Shown: positions 28,640-38,232, numbered from the stretch's first letter. The stretch: DNA of 39,198 bases from a virus (IMGVR_UViG_3300008266_000343:1-39198), one strand, 5' to 3'. Notes: a model not told the origin generated them from the letters alone. Numbers and translations are program-made.

Positions 28640-29619
28640 TAGATTACCTGAACCTTGCTCACCATCACATAGTCTGCTAAAAGTCTGTCTGCATAAGCAT
28701 TGCCAGTCCCAGCATATGCCTCTGATGTATATTCAAAATCCCAGTCGAATGTTGATATATTCTTTATATACTTATTTCTCCATGTTGTATCTTTAGAGAA
28801 ATAATCTTTCATTAATTCTATGGCTGCTAGTTCAACATCGTCTGGAACTCTTTCCCAGCCAAATCTGCCTTGAACTTTATAGCTAACATTATCTTGAAAA
28901 ATTCCACTTGAATCATTGATTGTTGGAGGAACCATTCCGTTTGCAGTATATACTGTATTGTCTAAAGCATTTGCACGATTAACTTTTATGCCATATCCAG
29001 TTTCAGAAATTTGAACGCTGTAATTCCAATTATCAATTTCATTAATAGTATCTAATAGCAGTATGTCGTTAGCATATAACTCATGTAACTCATATATCTT
29101 TGCTGGCAAAGGAAGAGTGTCTGAGTCGTATCCGTTTAATACAAATACGTCATCATATAGGAAAAAGCTTTGACCTGTGTATTGCTCAATTTGTTTACGT
29201 GCATACTTTTCTGCCCGAACTAAATCTTTATATGATCTATAATTTGGGTCTGATGAATCTGTGCTGAATCCTAGATCCTGAACATGGTTAAAGTCTACAT
29301 ATGGTGTAACAACAAATACTTCGTCTGTTCTAGCAACATTTGTTCCCTCAATGGTGTATTCCCATTGAAGTCTTAATGTTCTATTTCTATCTGTGTACTC
29401 ATATGGAACATATACTGTGTATGTACCTGGATTGTTTTCATCTAAAACAGCAGTTAATGTTTCAAGTAATTGTGTAGGATTAATTAAAGGGTTTATTGCT
29501 GGGTCATCTGTAATATCATACAACTTCACAATCGGTGTTGAATCTGGTGTTGCAATATCGCCATTCCAGAATACCTGATGTGTTACTGGTGACTGTGTTC
29601 TAATTAATACTTCTGCCAT
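28639..29619 (-). CDS. Head-tail adaptor/connector with N-terminal Ig-like domain
   Basis: AEKYARKQIEQYTGQSF...FGWERVPDDVELAAIEL...ADRLLADY adaptor motifs. Confidence 0.75.
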   Translation of the reverse strand: MAEVLIRTQSPVTHQVFWNGDIATPDSTPIVKLYDITDDPAINPLINPTQLLETLTAVLDENNPGTYTVYVPYEYTDRNRTLRLQWEYTIEGTNVARTDEVFVVTPYVDFNHVQDLGFSTDSSDPNYRSYKDLVRAEKYARKQIEQYTGQSFFLYDDVFVLNGYDSDTLPLPAKIYELHELYANDILLLDTINEIDNWNYSVQISETGYGIKVNRANALDNTVYTANGMVPPTINDSSGIFQDNVSYKVQGRFGWERVPDDVELAAIELMKDYFSKDTTWRNKYIKNISTFDWDFEYTSEAYAGTGNAYADRLLADYVMVSKVQVI

Positions 29620-29633
29620 TTTAAAGGCTTAGC

Positions 29634-30035
29634 TTAGCTATAAAACTCTTGTACTTCCTTTGGGTTAGCTAATCTAAAACCTTCCTCCTTGTCAAAAATT
29701 TGCTGTGCATTTTCTTTATCCATTGCTACGAATGGGTGATCTTTTGTAAATGTAAATCCCATAATATCATATCTAAAGTTAGCTCTTGTCATTCTGACTA
29801 GGACAGTGTTTTCTGGCTGTTCCTTATTTGGATCAAACTTTGGAAGTAGTTCCTGGGAAATATCTTCTGTTGCTGCTTCTACATCTTTAATTGTTTTTTC
29901 GTATACCGCCCAAGTAACGCCTTCTTCCGCTAGGGAAGCAATAATATCGTTTTTGCTCTTTAGGTCTTCTGTGTCTACGCCAAAATCTTCGGCGATCTTT
30001 CTTAAATCAGATATCTTTAATGTCTCAAATGACAT
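29634..30035 (-). CDS. Hypothetical protein with Rho-N/HeH-like N-terminus
   Basis: FETLKISDLRKIAEDFGV...KSKNDIIASL; AAGGAG RBS. Confidence 0.7.
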   Translation of the reverse strand: MSFETLKISDLRKIAEDFGVDTEDLKSKNDIIASLAEEGVTWAVYEKTIKDVEAATEDISQELLPKFDPNKEQPENTVLVRMTRANFRYDIMGFTFTKDHPFVAMDKENAQQIFDKEEGFRLANPKEVQEFYS

Positions 30036-30061
30036 ATTATCTCCTTTGTCTCGGTGATTTA

Positions 30062-30070
30062 ATTATAGCA
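30062..30070 (-). promoter_or_regulatory. Extended -10 promoter after the capsid terminator
   Basis: TGCTATAAT, with TTTTCA 17 nt upstream of the hexamer. Confidence 0.6.
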
Positions 30071-30086
30071 TTACTAAATTAAAATG

Positions 30087-30112
30087 AAAAGCCCCCAAAA
30101 TAAATTGGGGGC
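30087..30112 (-). terminator. Intrinsic terminator after the major capsid gene
   Basis: GCCCCCAA-TTTATT-TTGGGGGC followed by TTTT. Confidence 0.8.
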
Positions 30113-30139
30113 CTTTCCAGCTGGTTAGCAATAATTAAA

Positions 30140-31201
30140 TTATGATGCTACCTTAACGTTCTTAACAACGACCCAAGCGTCTGCTTGCTCGATTTGGACG
30201 CCAACACGAGTATACATTGTGTACTCAATTGAGTCCTTACGTGGCCAGAAGAAGCGGTAAACAGTTACATCACGCTTGATACCAATAACTACGTTATTTG
30301 GGAATGTCAAGTGGATATCTCCGTGGTTACCAGTCTCACCTGTGTAATCGCCATCTTGTGCTTCAGGAAGTAGTGGAACTTCGACAATTGGAATACCAAA
30401 TGCGAATGGAGCCACATAACCTGCTGGACCACCTAGAGGCTGTACGCCTTGTCCACGGATAACGCTTGATGCGATGTCCTGTGGGTTGTTTGAGCCGTAG
30501 TCACCAAGAACTGAAGCTGAATATAGATAATCCTGAATCAAGTTTGAACCTGAAAGGAATCGTAGATCAGCTCTGCGTTGCTTGTACTTACGTGGAAGTG
30601 CCTTCAATGCTGAGTTGAATACAGCACGAGAGATTCCTGCACCATTTGCGTCAACAACGTGACCGTTAGCCTTTGACTTCTTAACAACTCCGTCAAATGC
30701 CTTGTATAGTGCGTCACCTGTTAGTGACTCGTTACCGTTAAGGATAACGTCTTCAATATCATTACCTGCCTGTGTTGCCATCATGCGGGCAATATGATCT
30801 TCTAGATCTGGACCCTCAATATTGTCTTCTAGAGACTCTGTTGAAAGTTCCCAATCCAAGCGAAGCTTCTTTGTTGTCAAAGAAATCTTGGAGAATGTGA
30901 CAGCAGCGTTTGTACCTGTGTTGTCAGCTTCTGTTGCAAGCTTCATAAGTTTTTCGCCAACGCCAATACGATCAATTTCTGTTGTATCAGCCTTCATGCG
31001 AACTGTTCGTGCTACTTTACCGATTACGGTTGCATCAAACATATAATCTAAGAATCGTGCAGATTGCTCTGGATTTAGTAAGCCACCGTTACCTGCTTCT
31101 CCTCCTACGTGTGTACCTGATGTGGCACCAGTAGTAGAAGCGAAGGTTGCTGTAGCTGTTGTACCTGCTGCAACTGCTTTTTCTAATGTTTCATTGCTCA
31201 T
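30140..31201 (-). CDS. Major capsid protein (HK97 fold)
   Basis: GGLLNPEQSARF...LSTESLEDNIEG...GNDIEDVILNG...FGIPIVEVP; follows the protease-scaffold gene; followed by a terminator. Confidence 0.92.
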   Translation of the reverse strand: MSNETLEKAVAAGTTATATFASTTGATSGTHVGGEAGNGGLLNPEQSARFLDYMFDATVIGKVARTVRMKADTTEIDRIGVGEKLMKLATEADNTGTNAAVTFSKISLTTKKLRLDWELSTESLEDNIEGPDLEDHIARMMATQAGNDIEDVILNGNESLTGDALYKAFDGVVKKSKANGHVVDANGAGISRAVFNSALKALPRKYKQRRADLRFLSGSNLIQDYLYSASVLGDYGSNNPQDIASSVIRGQGVQPLGGPAGYVAPFAFGIPIVEVPLLPEAQDGDYTGETGNHGDIHLTFPNNVVIGIKRDVTVYRFFWPRKDSIEYTMYTRVGVQIEQADAWVVVKNVKVAS

Positions 31202-31222
31202 TGTTTTTTTTCACCTACCCTT

Positions 31223-31354
31223 TTAGTTGAATAATTCGTTTACGGAACCGAGGAAAGAACCGTTCCATTTTGATTTTTTGATTGTTACTTCCTGAGACCC
31301 GCCAAGGTCTGAGGACTTCTTAATTGCAGTCTCTGATTCTACTGCATCGACACG
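31223..31354 (-). other. Out-of-frame probable true C-terminus of the protease-scaffold
   Basis: The +1 frame reads RVDAVESETAIKKSSDLGGSQEVTIKKSKWNGSFLGSVNELFN* and ends right at the capsid RBS. Confidence 0.7.
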
Positions 31355-32528
31355 TGCTCTTGATATCTTCAACAGCCTTGCTTAGTACGGCATGTTGTTC
31401 TGCCAACTCTGAAATTCTGCTGTCAACGCTCTTGCTGAAAACTTCAACTGTCTCTTTGATTGTTGAAACTTGTGCTGCATTTGCTTCTGAAGCTTTGTTT
31501 AGAGTCTCTGAGAAAAATCCTTTTAGGTCACCAAGCATCTTTGCAAAATCAGGTTCATCAACCTCAACTTCTGATACGTCGGCTGCTTTTTCTAGAGTTT
31601 CGGCAGAAGCGTCTGCTGCTGCTTCTTCTACAGCAACTTCAGCAGCTGGTGCTTCCTCAGCAACAACTGGTGTTTCTTCTACGGCTGCTTCTGGTGCTAC
31701 TGCATCTTCTGCAACTACGTTTTCTGTGTTTTCTGACACTTCATTACCTCCTTCTACGTTTGCCTGTTTTGCAATTGTTTGTGTATCAGGCAACGGTAAT
31801 CTTGACTTCATGAACGAATCAAGAATCTTATCTATCTCTTTAGCTTTGTTAACATCGTTACTCTCTACCCAACCAATTAGTGATGCTGGCTTACCAGTGA
31901 CTGGGGAGTCATAAGATGCTTCTTGTGAGATGAATACTGATTTACTCTCTTCACAATAAAAAATATTTTCTGTAGCAGTTTCTGCTGCTATTCCTTTAAA
32001 CATTAATTGTCCATTCATCTTCTGAATAGACAAAATGTTGCACAACTCATTTGCTGGTGAATCTACAACTGATAGTTCCATCAATGCATAATCTTTAATA
32101 AAACGAATTGCTTTTCCTGTAGACTTATTTACTTCATTATCTGAATCAATAATCTTTCCGCCAATTGAGAAACCTGCAAGGGTTCCGTCCAAAATCTTTT
32201 CCCATGTGTCTTGAGCGCCTTTAGAAATATAAGCGTCTACATAAACGCCATTGTAAAATTCTCCGCTTTTTGGATCATAAAAACTTTCTGGCTTAAATGA
32301 TACCATTTTGCCAACAGCATTTGACCCATGCATCTCACGAATGTTTCCACGAAAATTTTCAAAAGCTTTTAGGCTTGCTTCAGCCGTAACTACATCTCCT
32401 GTTTGATCAAGATTATCTAGTGTAGCGAATCCAGAAACAGTTCTTTTTTCACGGTTGACCTTTGTAAACGGAACAGACAAATTGATATTGTCGCCATTTG
32501 AAGACCAATAAGATTTTTCAATATTCAT
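31320..32528 (-). CDS. Prohead protease fused to scaffold (apparent frameshift near 31355)
   Basis: VSGFAT, DQTGD, REMH, GFSIGG, ELSVVDSPAN protease motifs; Ala/Glu-rich linker and coiled coil; likely start ATG 32528. Confidence 0.88.
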   Translation of the reverse strand: MNIEKSYWSSNGDNINLSVPFTKVNREKRTVSGFATLDNLDQTGDVVTAEASLKAFENFRGNIREMHGSNAVGKMVSFKPESFYDPKSGEFYNGVYVDAYISKGAQDTWEKILDGTLAGFSIGGKIIDSDNEVNKSTGKAIRFIKDYALMELSVVDSPANELCNILSIQKMNGQLMFKGIAAETATENIFYCEESKSVFISQEASYDSPVTGKPASLIGWVESNDVNKAKEIDKILDSFMKSRLPLPDTQTIAKQANVEGGNEVSENTENVVAEDAVAPEAAVEETPVVAEEAPAAEVAVEEAAADASAETLEKAADVSEVEVDEPDFAKMLGDLKGFFSETLNKASEANAAQVSTIKETVEVFSKSVDSRISELAEQHAVLSKAVEDIKSTCRCSRIRDCN

Positions 32529-32535
32529 ATGCTTA

Positions 32536-32578
32536 ATTTTATCTTTTAAAATATAAAAAGGCAAATAACTAGTTGCCT
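32536..32578 (-). promoter_or_regulatory. Leaderless promoter overlapping a weak terminator-like hairpin
   Basis: TTGCCT-17 nt-TAAAAT-7 nt-ATG; the -35 is one arm of AGGCAA-N8-TTGCCT followed by a T run. Confidence 0.6.
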
Positions 32579-32583
32579 AATAA

Positions 32584-34167
32584 TTAAGCAGTCGTTCTAC
32601 CCTCACCTTTTGGATTTCTGGCCTCCCCTGAAATATCAGGTGCATTGGCATCTCTTTCCTGGGTTCTTCTTCTACTATTAGTAGCTTGGGCCATTTGTTC
32701 GGCTGCCTGTTGAGGTTTTAGCTGAATTACTGCATCTCCACCATCAATTGGGACCATGCCTTTTCTAATTCTAACCTCATTTGGAGTAATAACCTGCATT
32801 CTTAAATATCTTTCATCTATCTTAGATTGCGTGTCTTCATCTGTCAGGGTTAGCTCATTAAATTTAAGAACTAACACGTCTGTCTTTTCGGCAATAATTC
32901 TATTTAATTTCTTTTCTAGAATATCCTGTGCTGGACGACATACCTGCTCTTTAAACATTTTATCTGCGTCTCTAGCAGAGGCAAGGCTGACTCCCTCTGG
33001 TACTCCAATTTTATTTATTGGAACTCTGTGTGAAAGCAAAATTTCATCACGGTTAGCTTTTCGATAAGTGTTAAATGATGAGTCTTGAATATTTGCCTCT
33101 ACTGGCTCCATATTAAATTCAACTTTAGAATCTGCAGAGTCTGCTGGTAGTGGAACATAAAGAGATCTATGATTCTTTCCTTTAAGTCCTACCTGGAAAA
33201 ACTCAAGCAACTTTCTTTCTGATTCTGTAGAAAGCTTTGCACCCTTTACTGTAATAATATATCTTGGAACTGCCTTGTTTTCAAAGTAGTCAAGGTTATA
33301 CTTGCCAGCGAACTCATTACCAGCCATAGCATTCTGTGACGCTACGATATCTGGAATACCGTAGTAGTTATCCATAGGTGTATATTTCTTTAATTGAATA
33401 ATTTCATTTGGTCGGTCTTCTTGACCAGCAATTGGATTCTCTGTTTCCATATCGCCAAAGTTTCTAAAGAATACTGCCTTGCCGTAAAGTAGTTGTATGA
33501 ATCCATCACGTAGTCTACGAACACGCATTGTCTTTGCTGGGATATGTCCAATATATCCAATGTTTCCGCTTGTTGTTCTACCTATTTCAATAAAGCCATT
33601 TCCTGTTGCTTCTAGGTCTGTGTATACCTTTACGAGAGTCTCAACAAATGTTTCTTCTTCGTTTACGTCTTCTAGCCAAAGATCTAGTTGCTGTCTAATT
33701 CTATCCATTTTTCTACGTGCACGATTTAGCTGTGTTTCATCTGCAATGTTATCTAAAGCTTCCATAGCTTTTTTACTCTCAACAAATGAATATCCTAAGC
33801 CAACAATATTTGCAACCTTAGCATTAATTGCAGCATAGTTGTATGGAGAGATTTCATAAATTTTTGATAGATACTCAAGGTTGTACATCGGTTGAACAAG
33901 GTCGAACATGGCGTAGCCAGTTACTGCTTGCTGTAATAGATTTTGTTGTGTTGCAGTTCCTTCTATACCGCTAAATCTTTTTTGAAATTCTCTTGAAACC
34001 TTACGACGAAATGTTGGGCTTAAACCATTAATCTTTTTTAAATCGTCTCCAGATACCTTAAATGGATCTGTCTCTATAACAATGGATTTATCAAACGTAA
34101 ACATGTCTGATGAATTAGAAATGGATACCTCGCTGCTAAATGTATCTTCTTCGTTAATATATTCCAT
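32584..34167 (-). CDS. Portal protein
   Basis: DLEATGNGFIEI, HIPAKTMRV, YYGIPD, YFENKAVP, HRVP, ITPNEVR portal motifs. Confidence 0.92.
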   Translation of the reverse strand: MEYINEEDTFSSEVSISNSSDMFTFDKSIVIETDPFKVSGDDLKKINGLSPTFRRKVSREFQKRFSGIEGTATQQNLLQQAVTGYAMFDLVQPMYNLEYLSKIYEISPYNYAAINAKVANIVGLGYSFVESKKAMEALDNIADETQLNRARRKMDRIRQQLDLWLEDVNEEETFVETLVKVYTDLEATGNGFIEIGRTTSGNIGYIGHIPAKTMRVRRLRDGFIQLLYGKAVFFRNFGDMETENPIAGQEDRPNEIIQLKKYTPMDNYYGIPDIVASQNAMAGNEFAGKYNLDYFENKAVPRYIITVKGAKLSTESERKLLEFFQVGLKGKNHRSLYVPLPADSADSKVEFNMEPVEANIQDSSFNTYRKANRDEILLSHRVPINKIGVPEGVSLASARDADKMFKEQVCRPAQDILEKKLNRIIAEKTDVLVLKFNELTLTDEDTQSKIDERYLRMQVITPNEVRIRKGMVPIDGGDAVIQLKPQQAAEQMAQATNSRRRTQERDANAPDISGEARNPKGEGRTTA

Positions 34168-34514
34168 TATTTTAATCCTCCGTTTTTCAACGCTTTCATT
34201 TCGTCTTTATAATTACCAACATCCATTGGATCTGGTACTAGGCCCCATTTTAATCTTTGTTGCTGATACTCGAATTCTTCGTCGTCAATTTTCCTGCGTC
34301 CAGAAAGAAATACAGGCCCGCCTTCAGAAATACCGTATGACCGAACTGAATCAGCCAATAAAGAAATTCGTGATTTGTTTCCTTTTGTTGATGTGATTGA
34401 TAGGAAGTTTCCTTCATCATCGCCAATCCACCTTCCGTCTGGCATTTGCCAAACATATATGCCAAGTCTGGTCTCTTCGTCTAATACTTTAGTGTTAATT
34501 CTATTGATATCCAT
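34167..34514 (-). CDS. Hypothetical protein coupled to the portal gene
   Basis: 115 aa, TAATG overlap with the portal start, own promoter. Confidence 0.75.
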   Translation of the reverse strand: MDINRINTKVLDEETRLGIYVWQMPDGRWIGDDEGNFLSITSTKGNKSRISLLADSVRSYGISEGGPVFLSGRRKIDDEEFEYQQQRLKWGLVPDPMDVGNYKDEMKALKNGGLK

Positions 34515-34522
34515 AGATTACA

Positions 34523-34577
34523 ATTTTACCATTCTTTTGGGTTAAAGTCCAGATTTTGTCATAGGTTGTGACAAAAT
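34523..34577 (-). promoter_or_regulatory. Near-leaderless promoter with an upstream inverted repeat
   Basis: TGGACT-17 nt-TAAAAT (TGGTAAAAT)-8 nt-ATG; ATTTTGTCA-N7-TGACAAAAT at 34553-34577. Confidence 0.55.
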
Positions 34578-36403
34578 TATACGTTTTCGATAACTTTCCA
34601 GTCGTAGTTATAGTAGTTTACGGAGTTTTCTGTCACGGTCATTAACGAATTTTCAAGGGTCGTGGTAGCATTACCTAAATATAAATTAAAATGTTCCAGA
34701 ACCTGTGTCGCTGTTAATGAATAATCATATAGGGCTATATTCTGGTAAAGTGCCGAAATTGAGCCAGCGGTAGAGTAGTTCATCTTAATAACACCAGATA
34801 TAGGCTCAACAAATGTGATAACCACATATTGGAGCTGATCTTTGGTAAATACATTATGGACATCTGTCTGTGTGCTCTTATCTACTCCATTGACATATAT
34901 CTTATCTATATTGGTTTTGGATAGTGTTCCTGTAGGCCAAGAGAGATTTGTAGGTTCATCTGCTACCTCTACGATCCCGCCCCCATTTAAATCTGATGGT
35001 GTATAAAAGAACTCTAATGATTTAATTAGAGTATTTGTATTCACATGAAAACTTGCTCCAGATTGAACTGCTATTCCATTTCTAGCATCTCTAGATAATA
35101 TCTCATATTGTGAATTACTAAATCCTATACCGCCAGTATTTGGTGAAATAAATGATGATGAATTAGAAGCATTTAATGTTTGATCATTATAAAAACTCAT
35201 TGATAAACTATATAGCTTAGGTAGATACTTACTGTTATTAGATGTTGTCATTGTTATTCTAATATATAAATCTCTTGATGTATCAAATGATCCTAGGGAG
35301 TATTCTGGTATTGGTTGTCCATTTATACAAGGAGAGTATGTAATTCCATCTACGCTGGACTCTACTGATATCCCGTTGTCCCCGTCCCATTCTATTCTAG
35401 AGTTATCCATATCTGGACCACTTGGTATTACAATAAAATCTTCTAGCACTACAGTTTTTGATATTCCAGAGCCGTAGGCTATTCTAATGGCATCATTATT
35501 ATTATCATAATATAAGTCATCATTTAAAAAATAACTCCATGGCTTGGTTGCTGGATATGAATATGAATATTTAGTAGACAGGGCATCGTCATATATACTA
35601 AATAATTCTCCGCCATCTGGATAAACAACTTCTGTGCTATTAATTGTGGCTCCTAGATTATAATGGTCTTGAATATTTTCTAAGCCCAAAGAATACCTGT
35701 ATGCTGCAACACAGTTAATTAGCATATAATCTGATGAGTTTGCTACTGGACCAGAAGACAAGTTTAATGAGCTATTTGTAAATGCAAAATTTGTAAGCGT
35801 TTTTTCTTCTTCAAGAATTCCGTCTATATAGAGGTATGCCTTAGATCCAGTATATGATGCAACAACATGAAAAGACTTTTTGATATATGGTATTGTCCAT
35901 GATATAGACTCTGAGTTTAATTTAAAAACTATATTCTTGTTATCATAGAACAAACCAACAGAGTTTGTTGAATCTGCCAATATTGGAATTATAGATGTTG
36001 ATGAAGTATTAAAATATACCCAGCACTCTAAAGTAAAGTCGTTATCCGATGAGTTTGAAGTTCCAAATCCTGGAGACAATGTGTTATTTACATGGTCATT
36101 TAATACTGGATATAATATTGATGATGATCCAGTTAATTTACCAGACTGAGTAAATCCAGGGACTAATGGAATAATTCCATCTGTATGTGTTCCGCTATAT
36201 ATAGCAGTATTGTTAGATCCAGATATATCTTCTGTTATGCTTCCGCCAGCTTCAGCATACGTATTAAATGAATTTAAAAAATCTGTATAATCAGTAAAAT
36301 TATTTAAAACATCCTGATACGTAGTAAGTCCACTACCAGTAATGGATTCTATCGGCCAAAATCCAAGCGGGTAGTCTGATAGGACTTTTAATCTATATGA
36401 CAT
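34577..36403 (-). CDS. Virion protein with concanavalin A/laminin G-like lectin domain(s)
   Basis: VLSDYPLGFWP...DFTLECWV...FHVVASYTG...LYIDG...YRYSL...IQDHY; a second similar unit at the C-terminus (IYVNGV...ALYDYSLTATQVLEHF). Confidence 0.78.
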   Translation of the reverse strand: MSYRLKVLSDYPLGFWPIESITGSGLTTYQDVLNNFTDYTDFLNSFNTYAEAGGSITEDISGSNNTAIYSGTHTDGIIPLVPGFTQSGKLTGSSSILYPVLNDHVNNTLSPGFGTSNSSDNDFTLECWVYFNTSSTSIIPILADSTNSVGLFYDNKNIVFKLNSESISWTIPYIKKSFHVVASYTGSKAYLYIDGILEEEKTLTNFAFTNSSLNLSSGPVANSSDYMLINCVAAYRYSLGLENIQDHYNLGATINSTEVVYPDGGELFSIYDDALSTKYSYSYPATKPWSYFLNDDLYYDNNNDAIRIAYGSGISKTVVLEDFIVIPSGPDMDNSRIEWDGDNGISVESSVDGITYSPCINGQPIPEYSLGSFDTSRDLYIRITMTTSNNSKYLPKLYSLSMSFYNDQTLNASNSSSFISPNTGGIGFSNSQYEILSRDARNGIAVQSGASFHVNTNTLIKSLEFFYTPSDLNGGGIVEVADEPTNLSWPTGTLSKTNIDKIYVNGVDKSTQTDVHNVFTKDQLQYVVITFVEPISGVIKMNYSTAGSISALYQNIALYDYSLTATQVLEHFNLYLGNATTTLENSLMTVTENSVNYYNYDWKVIENV

Positions 36404-36617
36404 CTATCTCCCATGTATCTGTTGATTCAGTATATATATAAATAGTACCATCTCTATTTTCTCTAATTAGATTTAGTCCAGTATCTTGAACATCTACCCA
36501 TCTAGCTCCAATTGTAGACTTAATCCATTGTATGTACTGATCATCAGATTCATTATCTAAAGAAACCTTAAATAATGTTATTTCTTCTTGTGGTCTTTCT
36601 ATTAATATTTCATCCAT
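36393..36617 (-). CDS. Small acidic hypothetical protein
   Basis: 74 aa, TAATG-coupled to the glycine-rich gene. Confidence 0.65.
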   Translation of the reverse strand: MDEILIERPQEEITLFKVSLDNESDDQYIQWIKSTIGARWVDVQDTGLNLIRENRDGTIYIYTESTDTWEIDVI

Positions 36618-38224
36618 TATGGTAGGTATCCAAACATGATTGTAACACCGCTTCCTCCGTTACTACTGCCACCTAATGGTGTAAGTATACAGCCTATATA
36701 AAACCCTTTATCTGCAGTTGATAAAAGATAATTTCTTCCATATGTCCATCCAGGAGTAGTATTTCCTGCGTTATCAGTAGAACCTATTTGAGGAAATGCT
36801 TGAACGTTGCTTCCAGCTGCATCTGATGCTCTAATATATTGATACAGCCATTGTGTAGATGTTGCACTCCATGTTCCTCTTGTTGCAAATATTGTGCTTC
36901 CTACAGAGAAGCTACCAGAATAACTTCCTCCTCCAGAATATACTGGAATTAAAGGAATTTGTGATGAAGATGCAGAATATGCTGGTGCAGATGAGCCATT
37001 AGCATTAACTCCTCTTACTGCTAATCTATAATATAAACCTTGATCTTTTGATCCATTTAATCCTTGTCTAAGACTTCCAGCAGCTGCTAAAGTTTTTGCT
37101 GGATAAGAAGTAAAATATTGCCATGGATTTTGTGCTGCAGAAGATGGGCTTATTGAATAATCAGCATATGTAGAAGACCATGTTGTCCTATCTCCCCAAT
37201 ATGTATTATCATTAGAATATTGCCATTTATATTCAAATGATGTTGCATTGCTCCAAGAACCGTCTGAAGTTTTAGTTAATGTTCCTCCTGCTGAAGCAGA
37301 TCCTCCAATTGAAGGAATAGAATTATTTGTTGGTACAGCACCTGGTGTTGTTTTTACTATAGCATCTGGATGAGATCCAAGATATCTGACAATTACAATT
37401 CCTTTACCGCCATTACCACCAGCTCTATATGAATCTTGATTTTTTCCTGCTCCGCCTCCACCGCCACCAGTATTTGCAATTCCGCTTCCGCCAGTATCTC
37501 CCCATGGAGCTGGACCACCACCTTGTCCACCACCACCTGAAACATTTATATAATCTGCTGAACCTCCTCCACCTGCAAAAAGTCCGCTTAAACCTTTACC
37601 AGAAGCAATGGCCCAATCTGTATAATTTACACCAGCACCTGCTTGTATTGAAGAAGCTGCTCCACCTTGACCACCACCACCGCCAAGTCCTCCTGAATTT
37701 CCTTGTGTGCCTGAACCAGCAGGTGATCCTCCACCACCGTTACCTCCGCTAGATCCAGTAGAACCATCTGCTGATGCCGTATTGTAATATGATCCACCAC
37801 CGCTAGATGCACCGCCACCGCCACCTCCTTGAGCTGCAGTTAAACTTCCAAATTGTGAAGGTGATCCATTTGGACCTCTAGTTCCAGTAGTTGTGTAAGA
37901 TGCGGTTGCTCCATTTCCAACAGTTACTGTATATGTATTTGGAGATAATGTTGTTGTTGCTAATAAAGCTGCTCCTGCACCACCGCCATATGTTGTGTAA
38001 AGAGTTGAGTGGTGTCCTCCACCTGCTCCTCCACCACCAACAGTTAAAACTTCTACCTGTTTTGATGATAACATTGTAAATGTTCCACTATTTAAAAATG
38101 TGTGATAAGTATATCCATTATAAGTTGCAATTGAGTCTCCTCCGCTTGCAATTGGAGAAGCTTTACCAATTCCAAATCCGAAGCCTCTTGAAGACCCTGA
38201 ACTCCTAGATGATATTATTGGCAT
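36617..38224 (-). CDS. Glycine-rich virion protein with two C-terminal Ig-like repeats
   Basis: YTYHTFLNSGTFT...VGGGGAGG...GGGAG...ANTGGGGGG...GGKGIVIVRY phage glycine-rich domain; repeats PSIGGSASAGGTLT..GSW...YKWQ / GSFSVGSTI..GTW...YQY. Confidence 0.78.
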   Translation of the reverse strand: MPIISSRSSGSSRGFGFGIGKASPIASGGDSIATYNGYTYHTFLNSGTFTMLSSKQVEVLTVGGGGAGGGHHSTLYTTYGGGAGAALLATTTLSPNTYTVTVGNGATASYTTTGTRGPNGSPSQFGSLTAAQGGGGGGASSGGGSYYNTASADGSTGSSGGNGGGGSPAGSGTQGNSGGLGGGGGQGGAASSIQAGAGVNYTDWAIASGKGLSGLFAGGGGSADYINVSGGGGQGGGPAPWGDTGGSGIANTGGGGGGAGKNQDSYRAGGNGGKGIVIVRYLGSHPDAIVKTTPGAVPTNNSIPSIGGSASAGGTLTKTSDGSWSNATSFEYKWQYSNDNTYWGDRTTWSSTYADYSISPSSAAQNPWQYFTSYPAKTLAAAGSLRQGLNGSKDQGLYYRLAVRGVNANGSSAPAYSASSSQIPLIPVYSGGGSYSGSFSVGSTIFATRGTWSATSTQWLYQYIRASDAAGSNVQAFPQIGSTDNAGNTTPGWTYGRNYLLSTADKGFYIGCILTPLGGSSNGGSGVTIMFGYLP

Positions 38225-38232
38225 AATTAATC

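Noticed and set aside
37400-38060. GC-richer patch as a foreign element
   Set aside because: Explained by glycine codons in the glycine-rich domain.
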